Shown: positions 42,566 through 54,269, counted from the stretch's first letter. The stretch is 64,000 bases of DNA from an uncultured Nitrososphaerales archaeon (GCA_963695855.1 CAVOHZ010000006.1:96001-160000); one strand, 5' to 3'. Translations and numbers: made by a program. Notes: generated from the letters alone by a model not told the origin.

Positions 42566-42743
42566 ATAATTTTTTTAAAATATTTATGCTATGGGTTTTT
42601 TATCAATACTTTTAGAACTTTGAACCAGAATTTTAAAATATGAAAAAGTAACAAATATATTATATATTAAAATTTTCTAAACTTTTGTTACTCGCTGTAT
42701 TAATACTAAAAAGATATAAGATGTAAAGAGGAATATACACCAA

Positions 42744-43328
42744 ATGAAATTTCTGACGATACTATTTCTTTTATCCGTTATAATGATATCTCTGATCTCT
42801 AATACCGAAAATTATAATCAATTGTTTGCTCAACCAACAAAAGCCAGTAAAGTAAATACAACAGATATCGACACGGCTATAGTTGATATGCTTAACAAAA
42901 TAAGCCGTGGAAATGTGATTGATAATACTCTGAACTCGATAGTTAGCGGTATGAATGTTGGCACGACTCAGACTAATCTATCCTTGCCACGTTCTTCGAA
43001 TGAGGCAAATTCTATTATTTCTACTAATTCGATTAATACTAATAGTAAATTAGCTCCTTCGCAATCTGGATTTTCTGATCTTAATAAATTCATATTGAAG
43101 ATAATAAACCAAGATAACAATACAGAAACAATAGTAGCAAGCAATTCTTTGATAGACTTCAATAACAAATTAATAAAATTCTGTACGACACTATCATTAT
43201 CATCATTTGAATGTATTTCAACTCTTAAGGATTCGATAGAATCAGTTGAATTTACAAGTTCTTATATGGGACCAACAAAATTGATAACTCATGTAGACAA
43301 TTATAAATTAGACTTGGAAATAAAATAA
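42744..43328 (+). CDS. Secreted hypothetical protein
   Basis: Signal-like N-terminus; Ser/Asn-rich. Confidence 0.65.
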   Translation: MKFLTILFLLSVIMISLISNTENYNQLFAQPTKASKVNTTDIDTAIVDMLNKISRGNVIDNTLNSIVSGMNVGTTQTNLSLPRSSNEANSIISTNSINTNSKLAPSQSGFSDLNKFILKIINQDNNTETIVASNSLIDFNNKLIKFCTTLSLSSFECISTLKDSIESVEFTSSYMGPTKLITHVDNYKLDLEIK

Positions 43329-43426
43329 TGTTATTTATATTTGATATTTTTATAATCAAAAAGTTGCTACAGAATTTGTCTACACTTTGTGACTTTAAGC
43401 AACTTATATTTTTTATATTTGTTCTG

Positions 43427-43813
43427 TTACATTGTAATTAATTTAACATGGTCTAGTTTTTTATTTGTTTGAAAGTTCTTTGTCATATTTCTAATCAACT
43501 CAGCATCTCCCTTTAATAAAAACACTTCCACACATCTGTCGATATCTATTTTACTATGGAGATGTGTAGTGATGATTTCTTCATAATCATGTCTCATCTT
43601 CGTTACCTGATCGTCATCTCTTTCCTGATGAATTATCAATAATAAGGCACTCAATTCTCCATGCAGAGATTCTCTCTGTTTTTGTTCTGCGAGGATACTT
43701 CTCAATCCAGCTCTCACAATTTCAGAGCGACCAGAAAATCCCAAATCTTTTTGCAATTTATTTATATCATTTATAATATCATCATTTAGAGAAATGCTTA
43801 CTATTGGCAACAT
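43427..43813 (-). CDS. nikR: NikR-like CopG/RHH metal-responsive regulator
   Basis: IVSISL...GFSGRSEIVR RHH; HDYEEIITTHLH...CVEVF metal-binding domain. Confidence 0.88.
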   Translation of the reverse strand: MLPIVSISLNDDIINDINKLQKDLGFSGRSEIVRAGLRSILAEQKQRESLHGELSALLLIIHQERDDDQVTKMRHDYEEIITTHLHSKIDIDRCVEVFLLKGDAELIRNMTKNFQTNKKLDHVKLITM

Positions 43814-44015
43814 CGATAAATTATTAGTACAGATATAAAATTTTATGGTTAAAACAAGCATATTGATCTAAAGTTATGAAGTTAGGGATAATATTCTATT
43901 ACAAGATATGTGTTGATTAAGTATGTTAGATATAGACTATCCTTGCTTGCGATTATGGACTAATTTATTTGTCCTTGGTCAAATACTGAATAATAAATCA
44001 GAAATATTAGAATAT

Positions 44016-44975
44016 GCCTTGTTGCACAACTTGTTCTTCTCAACACATTTAGCTAACCAATTCTAGTCATATTATGTGAACTGGAGAAATTACAACGAAT
44101 CTCTTGTTAAACGTGGTGAGGTATTACTGGATTTTGATATTATAGATAACTGGAATACTGAACTAGAGAAGATGAATAAGGAAAAGGAAGGTAGGAAATT
44201 CGTATATCCAGATTCATTTGTCAAGTTATTGGGATACATGAGAGCATACTTTCACTTACCCTACAGACAAACTGAAGGAGTAGTAAGAGAACATGCTTCA
44301 AACACTTTGCCATCAATTCCAGATTATAGTAACATTAGCAGAAGAATAAATAGACTGGATATCAAGATTTCTGATGATATAACCAAATCTAACTTGCATG
44401 ATGATAATTTTGTTATTGCAATTGATTCTACCGGTATAAAGGTATCTAAGAGGGGTGAATGGATTAGACACAAGTGGAATGTAAAAAGAGGATATCTAAA
44501 GATACATTTAGCAGTCGATATAAAAAAGAAGAGAATTCTATCATTAGATGTTACTAGTGAAGAAGTACATGATGTAAAAGTACTTCCAAAATTGGTTGAT
44601 TATATAGCAATAAAACAGAATAAGGTAATAGATACTGCTATCATGGATGGTTCCTATGATAGCAACAAGATCTTTCAGTTTCTATCATTTAAAGGCATAC
44701 AACCAGCAATAAAGGTAAGAAAGAATTCTAGATGCAGAAACAAGACCAATCATTACCTTAGAAACAAGATGGTGAAAATGCAGAAGAATGATTTGCAAGA
44801 ATGGAAAGATAGTGTACGCTATGGACAAAGATGGATGGTAGAATCTGTTTTTTCCTCTATGAAGAGAATGTTTGGTGAATATGTTACTGCTATCAGGTTA
44901 GAGAACATGATAAGAGAGATAATGTTGAAAGCATCGTTGTATAACTGGTTTCAAAGTATTAGAATAAACTAACTA
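44016..44975 (+). mobile_element. IS5-family element; left TIR present, right TIR not seen
   Basis: GCCTTGTTGCACAAC at 44016 upstream of the transposase. Confidence 0.85.
44076..44972 (+). CDS. IS5-family DDE transposase
   Basis: NWRNYNESLVKRG, AIDSTG, KIHLAVD, MDGSYD, YGQRWMVESVFSSMKR. Confidence 0.95.
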   Translation: MNWRNYNESLVKRGEVLLDFDIIDNWNTELEKMNKEKEGRKFVYPDSFVKLLGYMRAYFHLPYRQTEGVVREHASNTLPSIPDYSNISRRINRLDIKISDDITKSNLHDDNFVIAIDSTGIKVSKRGEWIRHKWNVKRGYLKIHLAVDIKKKRILSLDVTSEEVHDVKVLPKLVDYIAIKQNKVIDTAIMDGSYDSNKIFQFLSFKGIQPAIKVRKNSRCRNKTNHYLRNKMVKMQKNDLQEWKDSVRYGQRWMVESVFSSMKRMFGEYVTAIRLENMIREIMLKASLYNWFQSIRIN

Positions 44976-44981
44976 CAAAAA

Positions 44982-45299
44982 ATGGTTATATATCTTATTT
45001 GTCAAGTCAATTCATTGAGTTTTGAATCTGTTTCTCCAAAAAAGTTGGCTTTGGTTGTTGGGATTGCAGCAGTCGCGATAATATTAGCTCTATTGGGCTC
45101 GTCTGCAAAAAACCTATTCAGTGGAAGCATAACAGATGAAGCCATAGTAAAGATTAAAGAAGGATCTAACTGTATAGTAGAGGGGAAAGATAAAATCCCA
45201 AGAATGATAACAGATTGTTCATATAAAGTGAACGATACGGTTCTGATTACGTTTAAATCACAACAGCCGACTATCGAAAAACATGAGATCAAACAATAA
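44982..45299 (+). CDS. Small membrane-anchored hypothetical protein
   Basis: One TM segment, then CIVE...PRMITDC.Y; start uncertain. Confidence 0.6.
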   Translation: MVIYLICQVNSLSFESVSPKKLALVVGIAAVAIILALLGSSAKNLFSGSITDEAIVKIKEGSNCIVEGKDKIPRMITDCSYKVNDTVLITFKSQQPTIEKHEIKQ

Positions 45300-45461
45300 T
45301 TAATGCAATTATAGTAATTTATGAAAAGGTAAAAACGTTGAGTCTATCTAATTAGAATTGTGGAATATTATATCTTATTAGGAGAAATGCAAAATAGACG
45401 TCAGACAATAGTGTGTCTAAAATCAAGTTACAACGCCGTGGTACTAACAAATTACTTGAAT

Positions 45462-46180
45462 CTATCCCAAAATTAAGGTCTTGTAAACAGTTATACTACA
45501 TGCTAACTGGACAAGACCAAAATAATTCTCTTTTTTCTTTTTATCCCCTGTAAAAAATTTGCTAAATCTGTTAGACCATGAGTTTGTTCCCTCTACGACT
45601 CCTCTTCTTGCTGATTGATCTGGCTTGAAGATCTTTTTTTCTCTTCTATGTAGTATATGTGAGATGTATCTTCTACTAATTATTTTTGGTTCTACTTCTT
45701 TGGAATGATATATTTTATCAAGTGATAGATTCTGCTTTTTCTTTGATATATTTTTGTCTTTAGATTTCCTTTTGTTGGTAGTTGCCTTTTAATAGCCTGT
45801 ACTGACAGATTTTATAATAGTAGAAAGGGGAAATTCCTTCCTTATCTATTCAATTATCTCTTTTTGTGGCTAATTTTAGTATATAATTAGCATTATAATC
45901 TCTTATCACTGCCTAAAGGTGATTTTATAGATGTACGGGCAAGTATCTCTGATATCCATTTGACCCGTCTCTTGTCCGCGTATTTTTACTAATCTGGTCC
46001 GTATTTTGTCATATATATCGCATTGTATCGACTTTTGAAATCTTCTATCACATTTAATATCTGAACCATTTCGCTAGGTAACATTTTTCACGGACATCCA
46101 GTTCTCAAGACAAATATTATTCCATCAATGACTTCTCTGTAGGGAACAACGGAACGACCTATTGTGTTCTCTGGATTTTA
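45462..46180 (-). mobile_element. Heavily degraded IS5-family element
   Basis: Fragments TIGRSVVPYREVIDGIIFVLRTGC, RRFQ, SIKSPLG and VVEGTNSWSNRF...ENYFGLVQLAC; end motif CTATCCCAAAA. Confidence 0.8.
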
Positions 46181-46182
46181 GA

Positions 46183-46458
46183 TCAGTGACCTCTATTTGA
46201 CATTGCCCATACAAGATCGTCAAACATACTATTCATATGTTGAATTTTAATTTTTACACCTTCAAGTAAATTTACTGCTTCTGCAGTATGATTCGATTTG
46301 ACCAAATTGATGACATCATCGACATTAGTTGCCAATTGAGTATGAATAAATCTCATATGTTCCATCACTATATCTTCAGAACGTGGTTGAGCAAATACGT
46401 GCGGAATGAAAAGAATTCCAATTATCAGACTTATCGAAATTATATTCATATTGATCAT
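46183..46458 (-). CDS. Small secreted helical hypothetical protein
   Basis: Signal peptide ending VFA-Q; His/Met-containing helices. Confidence 0.65.
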   Translation of the reverse strand: MINMNIISISLIIGILFIPHVFAQPRSEDIVMEHMRFIHTQLATNVDDVINLVKSNHTAEAVNLLEGVKIKIQHMNSMFDDLVWAMSNRGH

Positions 46459-47071
46459 TATATCATATAATCTTTTAAACTTTTAGAATTAATTGTTAAC
46501 GAATTTCCACCTGATTCTGTTTTACTATCATGAATTTTTGAACAAACTTGTTTCATAAAATTATATTGATTTTTATTTTACAACTGGATAAAGATATGAA
46601 ATTCACTTCATATACTTAGAACATCTAAATTTTAAGGTGAAGATTGAGGCGAAATGTTCACAGACCTGATCTAAAATAGGAAAGCCCACTACCAATACCC
46701 TATTTCTGTGGACTCTCTACTTATTGGAATGGGAAATTTAGAGCTATATCTATGACGTTTAATTAACAGATTTTTTTATAGAGCGATCCTGAAAAATTCA
46801 ATGATAAATCGTAAAGTTCAGTAAAATTTTTGCTTGATGTTATAATCTATCTTTGGATTATAACAGTTTTTTAAGCTTTTTTTGCATATTTTGAATTGGT
46901 ATTATTTTTCTCTTGGTTAAATCCTCTTTCTGAATGAAATATGATATATTTTTTTTAAAATTCCTATTAAAATATTAATAAAAATTACTTTCTACCTGCA
47001 CCCGCTATTATTTTTTTCAGGAATAATGCATAATAAGTATAAAATATTTATCTGTCGGTGTATAAGAATAA

Positions 47072-48589
47072 TTGTTGACTGAGGATGGGATGAGTTTGTT
47101 AGCAGAACAAGATCGTACGATTGATAGTGAGAAAGAAGATCATGATTTCCTTTTCTTTAATCCGCTTGCTCAACCTACCTCTAAATGGTATGAATTGCAT
47201 AAACGTCTTAGCTTGTTTCCATGGTGGATAAGATATAATCTTGGATCTGCTAAGGAGGCGAATCTAAAGAACAGAATCTTAGAAGTCGGTAAAAATTTAG
47301 GACTCTCGACTGTTTGGATGAATAAGATTATAAGACATTCAATATCTGAATTTTCAAAGAAAGGTCTAGGATTTGACTATTATGGTTATCACAATATTTA
47401 TCATGAGTTAGAGGCGACGTACTTTACATTGCTTGCAACGAGCGGGCAAAATCAAGATAATAGATTTGACTTAAAAGATATCAAATACTTGTTTTTATCC
47501 GCGCTTTTCCATGATTATGATCCGTTGAAGAGTTTTGATAAACCAAATGAAGAGGAAGTTGAATGGTTTATAAGAAAAGATAAAAAAATAAGGGAATGGA
47601 TAGAGGAAGAAGGATTAAACATTGATATCATGATGGCCATTATTCATAGAACAGCGTATCCCTTTAGAGGCAAGATAGCGTCAGATGCAATTGAGAGGAT
47701 GAATCAGTTATTCTCTAAAGCCGGGATCCCAATGGAGGATGAAAAGACAAGAAAATATTATCACGATTTGGGTTGGTTTCTTTCAGTCTCTGAGCGTGTT
47801 GCTGGTTATGCATTAGGCAATTTTGATCGCGCAATTGAACTTGCTAGACTCAATGCTCATGGGCTTGGTTGGCATCCTTCTCTTATTAATCAAGAGTCTG
47901 TTAAGTACTTCAGTCTATTAAAACAAGAAAAAGAAATGTTATACAGAGTATTAAATTCAGTCTCTGAAAATTATAAACAAAATTTTGTCGAAAATATTTC
48001 AAAATTTAAAGAAGCATGGAACCAAGAAGTCGAAATCAAGAGATCGTTGAGAAAAAATGAAATTAGTTTAATTCCAGTCATAGAGGATAAAAATGTGAAA
48101 ATTGACCCAAAGATTGTTAATTCTATAATAGATATTCGAAATGATCTCAACGGTCCATTATTAGTATATAACAAGCAAGATTTTGCTAAATCCTTATCAG
48201 ATCCTGATACTATCCTTGTTACTCTAAGAGTAAAAGAGAAAGATAGAATTGTAATAGGTTTTGCAAAAGGTGGACCACTAGAACAATACCGGTTACGTAG
48301 AGGTACAAATGATGCAAATCATGGAAAGAAAAATACGGTATTTTTAGAATCGATGTATATTCGTTCTGGATACTGGGGTGAAAAAGGAGGCCATTTACTT
48401 CGATTGTATTTTTTAACCCGATCCAAAGAACTCGGATATGAATATGTTACCGGATATGTTCACCGAGATGTTTTATTACGTAGAAGTGACAAAGGAGAAC
48501 CCATTCAACTAGTCCAAAAATACGATCCTGATAAGCTAGATTATTATAGGATTAATTTAAACCGATTTAATTATGATCCACTCCTTTAG
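47072..48589 (+). CDS. HD-domain protein with a C-terminal acyltransferase (GNAT)-like region
   Basis: YHNIYH, ALFHDYD; C-terminal IVIGFAKGGP...VFLESMYIRSGYWGEKGGHLL. Confidence 0.8.
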   Translation: MLTEDGMSLLAEQDRTIDSEKEDHDFLFFNPLAQPTSKWYELHKRLSLFPWWIRYNLGSAKEANLKNRILEVGKNLGLSTVWMNKIIRHSISEFSKKGLGFDYYGYHNIYHELEATYFTLLATSGQNQDNRFDLKDIKYLFLSALFHDYDPLKSFDKPNEEEVEWFIRKDKKIREWIEEEGLNIDIMMAIIHRTAYPFRGKIASDAIERMNQLFSKAGIPMEDEKTRKYYHDLGWFLSVSERVAGYALGNFDRAIELARLNAHGLGWHPSLINQESVKYFSLLKQEKEMLYRVLNSVSENYKQNFVENISKFKEAWNQEVEIKRSLRKNEISLIPVIEDKNVKIDPKIVNSIIDIRNDLNGPLLVYNKQDFAKSLSDPDTILVTLRVKEKDRIVIGFAKGGPLEQYRLRRGTNDANHGKKNTVFLESMYIRSGYWGEKGGHLLRLYFLTRSKELGYEYVTGYVHRDVLLRRSDKGEPIQLVQKYDPDKLDYYRINLNRFNYDPLL

Positions 48590-48947
48590 TAAGGTTGCAA
48601 ATTTTTCAAAAATCTTTAAGAATTCAATATTGACAGAGCTAGGTACAGTTATTTTTCCACAAAATTTAATTATCTTGATTTATTTCTATTTGTGATAGAC
48701 TTACATGTTTTACCATTTTCACAAAAATATTAAATTCTGGATAGTTAATGTACAATCTCTTTTAAATCCATTGTTGAATAGATGGATCAATGTACAATTT
48801 TAATATGAAATAGAGATCTACTTTTATCTTGAAAAATAATTAAAGGAATCATTTTCAATAATAACATGATAATTTTCTTTGCTTCATAAATAACATCTAG
48901 GAAATATTTGCCGATAAATAAAAAAAAGAGTAATTGGTGTTATTTCT

Positions 48948-49160
48948 TCATTTATGTTCGATGCCAAATGCAATTTTTACACAAGCACGATATTGTGTTA
49001 TTTGGCCAGTAGTTGGATCTACTTTTGCTGTCATATCTGATACCTCTATTCCTGTTATTCCACGTATTGTTTTTCGTGCTTCATCGATAGCTACCTGTGC
49101 TGCCTCTTCCCATCCTTTTTCTGAACCACCAATAATCTCGACTATTTTTGCAATGTTCGC
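48948..49160 (-). CDS. Dodecin family protein
   Basis: KIVEIIGGSEKGWEEAAQVAI..A.KTIRGI...YRACVKIAF; start set at the internal Met. Confidence 0.9.
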   Translation of the reverse strand, partial: ANIAKIVEIIGGSEKGWEEAAQVAIDEARKTIRGITGIEVSDMTAKVDPTTGQITQYRACVKIAFGIEHK

Positions 49161-49459
49161 CATATCAATAGGTATATGTTTTTCTTGGTATAAAAGTTTA
49201 TTATTTATTATATATTCAATTGTCAAAAATGATTATATAAATCCATTTATCTTACAAGTTTAAGTGTCCATTCTATAAGATTATCCACATATAACGAAAT
49301 AAATCAATAATTGGGAAATGATGGAATGAATACTTTTTCATTACTATTTATTTTCAAAATACCGAACATGTACCTATTAGTATGTCATAGGTTTTTAATA
49401 ATAGTGGTGAATTGTTTATTTACGTATCTATATCTAAATACCTTTTCATATTTTAGGTT

Positions 49460-50707
49460 TCAAACCGAGTTACAAAAGATTTTTTCCAGAGCAGAAGCTA
49501 ATTTATCGATATCATCCTCATTGTTATAGAAATGCGGAGATATACGAATACCATTACTACGAGCTGAGACAATTATTTTATATTTCTTTTCTAATATTTT
49601 TATTATGTGCAAAGGTTTTCTATTTTTGGATTGAAATAGTATTATTCCAGATCTATTATTTTTATTTTCAATTGGTGAAAGAATTTTCAAATTGATGGAA
49701 TGAAGTTTTTCAATAATATATTCAGTCAACTGTAATATTCTTTGCTCTATATTTTTGATTCCAATTGTTGAAATATATTGTAATCCTGCGTTTAATGCAC
49801 TTATATTCGGTAAGTTTGGAGACCCTATCTCAAATTTTGTTGCTGTATTTGACATTAACAATTGAGTGTTAATGCTATATAGATTCCTATCCCTTTGGCC
49901 GGATTGACTAAAGAATGAGGGTCTGAATTGATTTGTTTGTCGTAAATATGTTCCTTTTATGTATAGCGATCCAATACCAAAAGAAGACAATAACCATTTA
50001 TGACCATTTGAGGTGGCAAAATCAATACCAAAATCTTTCACATTAAAATACATACATCCCAAAGACTGAGTAGCATTGACTACAAGGAAAATACCGTATT
50101 TTTTTGAAATCTTTGCAAGCTGCTTTAAATCTTGTTTGAAACCAGTAGAATATTGAACATGGCTTGTAACAATGGTTTTAACGACACTTTGACGCTTTAG
50201 AGAATTTGTCTTGTCTATCATTTCCACTATATCTTTTATTAGTACCTTATTTTGATCCCTTGCTTTAACAAATTTTAGATTTTCTCTGCTATCATTTTTA
50301 TTAACCCAAGGAAGGTTTGTTGCAGGAAACTCCAGATCATTTAAGATGACTATTCCTTTTTCTGAAAGCATATGAGCAATAATATTCATCCCCTCGCTTG
50401 TTGAATGTGTAAATGCAATCTCTTCAGGACCTGCAGCTCCAATAAATTTAGCATAGAGTTCACGGGTTTGCTCTATCTTCTTTTCCCATCTATTCCAAAG
50501 TGTACCCGCATGGTAAAGTGAATCTCGGTAAAATTTTGCTGCCTGCTGGTATACTGTTTTAGGTATAGGTGATATAGCTGCATTGTTAAGATAGGTATAT
50601 TTCTTTGTAACCGGAAAATCATCTCTATATTTATTCCAATCAGGGGACATCATTTGTACATGCACCAAACTAACATTATAAATATTAAGACTGCGACGAT
50701 AAAGCAT
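49460..50707 (-). CDS. Aminotransferase class V PLP enzyme (cysteine desulfurase-like fold)
   Basis: YLNNAAISP, NATQSLG, SNGHKWL, FEIGSPN, IRISPHFYN. Confidence 0.9.
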   Translation of the reverse strand: MLYRRSLNIYNVSLVHVQMMSPDWNKYRDDFPVTKKYTYLNNAAISPIPKTVYQQAAKFYRDSLYHAGTLWNRWEKKIEQTRELYAKFIGAAGPEEIAFTHSTSEGMNIIAHMLSEKGIVILNDLEFPATNLPWVNKNDSRENLKFVKARDQNKVLIKDIVEMIDKTNSLKRQSVVKTIVTSHVQYSTGFKQDLKQLAKISKKYGIFLVVNATQSLGCMYFNVKDFGIDFATSNGHKWLLSSFGIGSLYIKGTYLRQTNQFRPSFFSQSGQRDRNLYSINTQLLMSNTATKFEIGSPNLPNISALNAGLQYISTIGIKNIEQRILQLTEYIIEKLHSINLKILSPIENKNNRSGIILFQSKNRKPLHIIKILEKKYKIIVSARSNGIRISPHFYNNEDDIDKLASALEKIFCNSV

Positions 50708-50878
50708 CTTATTTGAAACAGATATGGCAATAATTTTGGCGATTTATAGAAAATATCCTTTCTGTTTTATTAAATCAATTCCAATTCCATTGATAAAAGG
50801 ATAAAATCTAAAAATTAACAGAATCAAATTGGATATATTTAGGAAATACGTAATTATGAGTTTCTATTATATTATGTT

Positions 50879-51184
50879 ATGTTAGTAAAAATTAACAACA
50901 TTAATACCGATAAGGTAAATGTTACACAGTTAGATATTGACGACTATGGATTTGTAGTACCTTTAAGAGAATTGGAATTAACCTTACCGCCATTAGAAAT
51001 CGACGATTCTGTATATAATATTTTAAAAAACATACAATATGCGGCGGTATTTACAAGACAAGAACTTGATAATGAGAATAAAATTAAAGATACTGTAATA
51101 ATACTTGCAAATCCATTCACATTAGAAGAACTTAATGCGGAAAAAAATCGAGTAATAGAAGGTTCGTATGAAAAAAAGAAATGA
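50879..51184 (+). CDS. Hypothetical protein
   Basis: 101-aa ATG ORF with protein-like composition. Confidence 0.65.
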   Translation: MLVKINNINTDKVNVTQLDIDDYGFVVPLRELELTLPPLEIDDSVYNILKNIQYAAVFTRQELDNENKIKDTVIILANPFTLEELNAEKNRVIEGSYEKKK

Positions 51185-51225
51185 ATCTTGTTTAATAATT
51201 TTTTGATTTTATTATTATGTTGAGG

Positions 51226-51588
51226 TTAAGGAATGTCAACAAAGATACCCCCATCCTTCTCTAATATCTTGTAAAGAGTTATATCCTTGGATTTCTTCCA
51301 TTCCGTGCTCTGGTCCATCCATTTATCTGGTATCTTCTCTAATTTTCCCGAAAAAATATCATATTCAAAGTCATGAAGATAACATACTATCCTATTCGAA
51401 TCACAGGATAATTCGCTTTTTGATAGCGAAGCACCTTTATGTGGACAATAGTTATCAAATGCAAACAAATTATTGTTTTTCTTACCTACCAAAAGATCTA
51501 AAGAGAGGTCATTTTTGTTGGTCTTAATAGTAAAGAGGTTAATTGTATTGTCACGAATAAAGCCAGAATCGCACACCCGATAGAGCAC
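51226..51588 (-). CDS. Rieske [2Fe-2S] ferredoxin-like protein
   Basis: CPHKGASL...CYLH.FEYDIFSG. Confidence 0.9.
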   Translation of the reverse strand: MLYRVCDSGFIRDNTINLFTIKTNKNDLSLDLLVGKKNNNLFAFDNYCPHKGASLSKSELSCDSNRIVCYLHDFEYDIFSGKLEKIPDKWMDQSTEWKKSKDITLYKILEKDGGIFVDIP

Positions 51589-51958
51589 ATTTTAGATCAA
51601 CCGTATTGGTTATAATAATTTATACAGTTAATAAAAGCATACCAGATATTTCATTTGAGAAAATTTGATACATTTATCTAATTTGAATAAGAAAAGTGCA
51701 GAATAATTCTTTCAAGAATAGTAATTTTGTATCTTATTTTTTATCTAAAAGGGATCACTTCGATTATCATTCTTTGACATTTCTGTCAGTATTATAGATG
51801 GACATTATTTTTAGAATTTGAACAGGATTAGGATGAATTTAAGATAAACTAAATAAACCGTAAAAAGTGAACTGAAAAGATGAGTTATAAACCGTAAAGT
51901 ACCTTGTTTATACTTTTTAGTACGAAGTAATAAATAATTTTGGTTTTATTTATAAAAT

Positions 51959-52120
51959 ATGAGAAGAAAAAAATCAATATACTGGACAATAGCATCATCT
52001 CAAGAAACCTTTATAGATCTAGACAAAGTTGCAAATTCCGAAGATCCTTTTGATGCAACAATAAAGGATATATCCAAGAAATTGAAGAGCAAGCGATGTA
52101 ACAATGAAATAAATATTTAA
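51959..52120 (+). CDS. Small hypothetical protein, possibly RHH/antitoxin-like (53 aa)
   Basis: TIASSQETFIDL...EDPFDATI loosely resembles a TI.IS.E.Y..L...ESF..I pattern. Confidence 0.35.
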   Translation: MRRKKSIYWTIASSQETFIDLDKVANSEDPFDATIKDISKKLKSKRCNNEINI

Positions 52121-52860
52121 TTTTTCATTTTTTCATTTTTATCAGTATTTCTATTAGAATATTTGATATCTGAAGACTTACGTATAAATCAGTATTAGAC
52201 AAAACAAGGTTGAGAAAAAAAAATCAAAAACCAAGTTGTTTGATCACAAATTTTTGGGACAATCATAACCCCGATGATTGTTTTGTGCAGAATCTCTTTA
52301 CCCTTTGTAATATTCCAAAGGTAGTCAGGTGATTACACCATGCCAACGAAATAATTTCGATTAAATCTTTTCAATTCATTACTCAAAATTTGTAGAAGAA
52401 TTACTTCTAATTCACTTTGTTAATGACATGTATTTTCACAATTTTGTTTTTAACCAGATTTGCTTGAGAATCTATCAATAATTATCTCTAGATTCTGTCT
52501 AAAAATTGACTATAATAACCTTTTTTTCAAAATCTTCTATCGTAACTAGTACATATTTTTAATTTCCGTCAATGAAACGATGATCATCTGTAAAATAACA
52601 ATTTACATAGAAAAGATTGCTTCGATCAACCACCTTGATCCTTGATTGTTTATTAAAATTTAACTTAAGAATTTAGTTTTAAACCCTAACGAATTACTTG
52701 AGCTATTCTTCATATTCTTGCAGGATTATTTTAACCAGATATTAATACATAATAAGTTTATCATTACTTATTATCTTGGTATAATGGTTTGAACCGATCT
52801 GTTTAAAATGGTTCGTATGATGTTCCGCATGTCGTGATGCTTTAAAAACTTTAAAATATA

Positions 52861-53490
52861 TCATTCTAGTTGCATTTTTGGATTAGAATTTGTTATAGAG
52901 AAAGAATCAAATATTTTTTCTGCTATTGGCAAAAAATCATAATATTTATCTGGATGTGTTCCAAATGAGAGCACATAAATCTTGTCATTATAAAAAAATA
53001 TTTCGTGAGTCATTACGATTTTTGTACTCATTGGGATCATACCGGCTACGTACGAATACGAAATAGTTCTGGATGGTAGATTATCTTCATTTGTTGTTTT
53101 ATCTGATATTAATTTGAATGCAGTGTATGTTTTATTAAATTGTTTCAGAGCATCATCTACATATTTTTTAAAAGTAACGTTTTGAGGTAGTTTATTTATA
53201 CTAAGAAGAAATTTTTCTTGAATCATATCCTGAGTATCTGAAAATGGGGTTATAATCTCAATATTAAAGAGGTTCTCCACAGATGCAGTTGGAATCTCTC
53301 TAAGATTCCAAGTACTAGGATATTCAATAGAAAAATTGAATCTATTATTATCATATTTTAAAAAAGGAGGCCTATCCTGAGAAAAGACAGGTAAGTAAGA
53401 AGTTAAACCATTCAATATGATAAAAAATAATACACTGAAAATAGATAATATGGTATAAAATTGCCTCATTATCATAAAGATGGAATACAT
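52861..53490 (-). CDS. PsbP-related secreted protein
   Basis: Signal/TM, then KYDNNRFNFSIEYPSTW...IYVLSF...IAEKIFDSFSI. Confidence 0.82.
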   Translation of the reverse strand: MYSIFMIMRQFYTILSIFSVLFFIILNGLTSYLPVFSQDRPPFLKYDNNRFNFSIEYPSTWNLREIPTASVENLFNIEIITPFSDTQDMIQEKFLLSINKLPQNVTFKKYVDDALKQFNKTYTAFKLISDKTTNEDNLPSRTISYSYVAGMIPMSTKIVMTHEIFFYNDKIYVLSFGTHPDKYYDFLPIAEKIFDSFSITNSNPKMQLE

Positions 53491-54269
53491 CCATCCATAA
53501 TATATTTATCTTGATAGAATGAAATTTTCATGATATTTGTTTATTTTGGAATCTGTTTATTTAGAAATCCAATATAAATAAATTTTTTTAATATTAAAAA
53601 TTGTCCTATCTTTTAGATTGAGGATAGTGTCTGCTCCATCCCAAATGGGTTTTCATCTTGTTATGTTAAAATCATTTAGCTATGGCAATATTCCTATTGA
53701 TTTTGGCGGATAATTAAGTACCATTTGAAATAAAATATATCCCATGAACACTAATGAAAATCCCGGAAAGATGTAAGATCTTAACCTTCGCAAAATAAGT
53801 AATGTATGTTCAATTGGAATTAGTATCTCTGACATGAAATAGGATAAATGATAAAGAATATTTGGTTTTCCGTACTATATTAGGTAAAAGTTATCTTCAG
53901 CAATATTATAGATTTTCCTTCTCGTAGATATTTCTTATATAGTTAAACTCAGATTGTTCAAGCACATTTAATAATTACATTTGGGCCACAAACTCTTCTA
54001 GATATATCTTTAGGTAGTACTAATCAAACAAGTCAAATATGAATAATCAAAAAATACATAAATTAATGATTCTATTTGCAATATGTAAATATTCGAAAAT
54101 GTAAAGATCACGTTTTATGTTATTTGGTGAATTTATCCCATGTTGAGTTTAGAAAAATTTAAGAGTGGATTTAAAAGAATTTTCTAAAATTGGACAAAGA
54201 ACATAATAGAAACTTGGAAGATCTCTGTTATTTTTTCAAGTTAATGCATCAATAAATTCTATATTTTTT

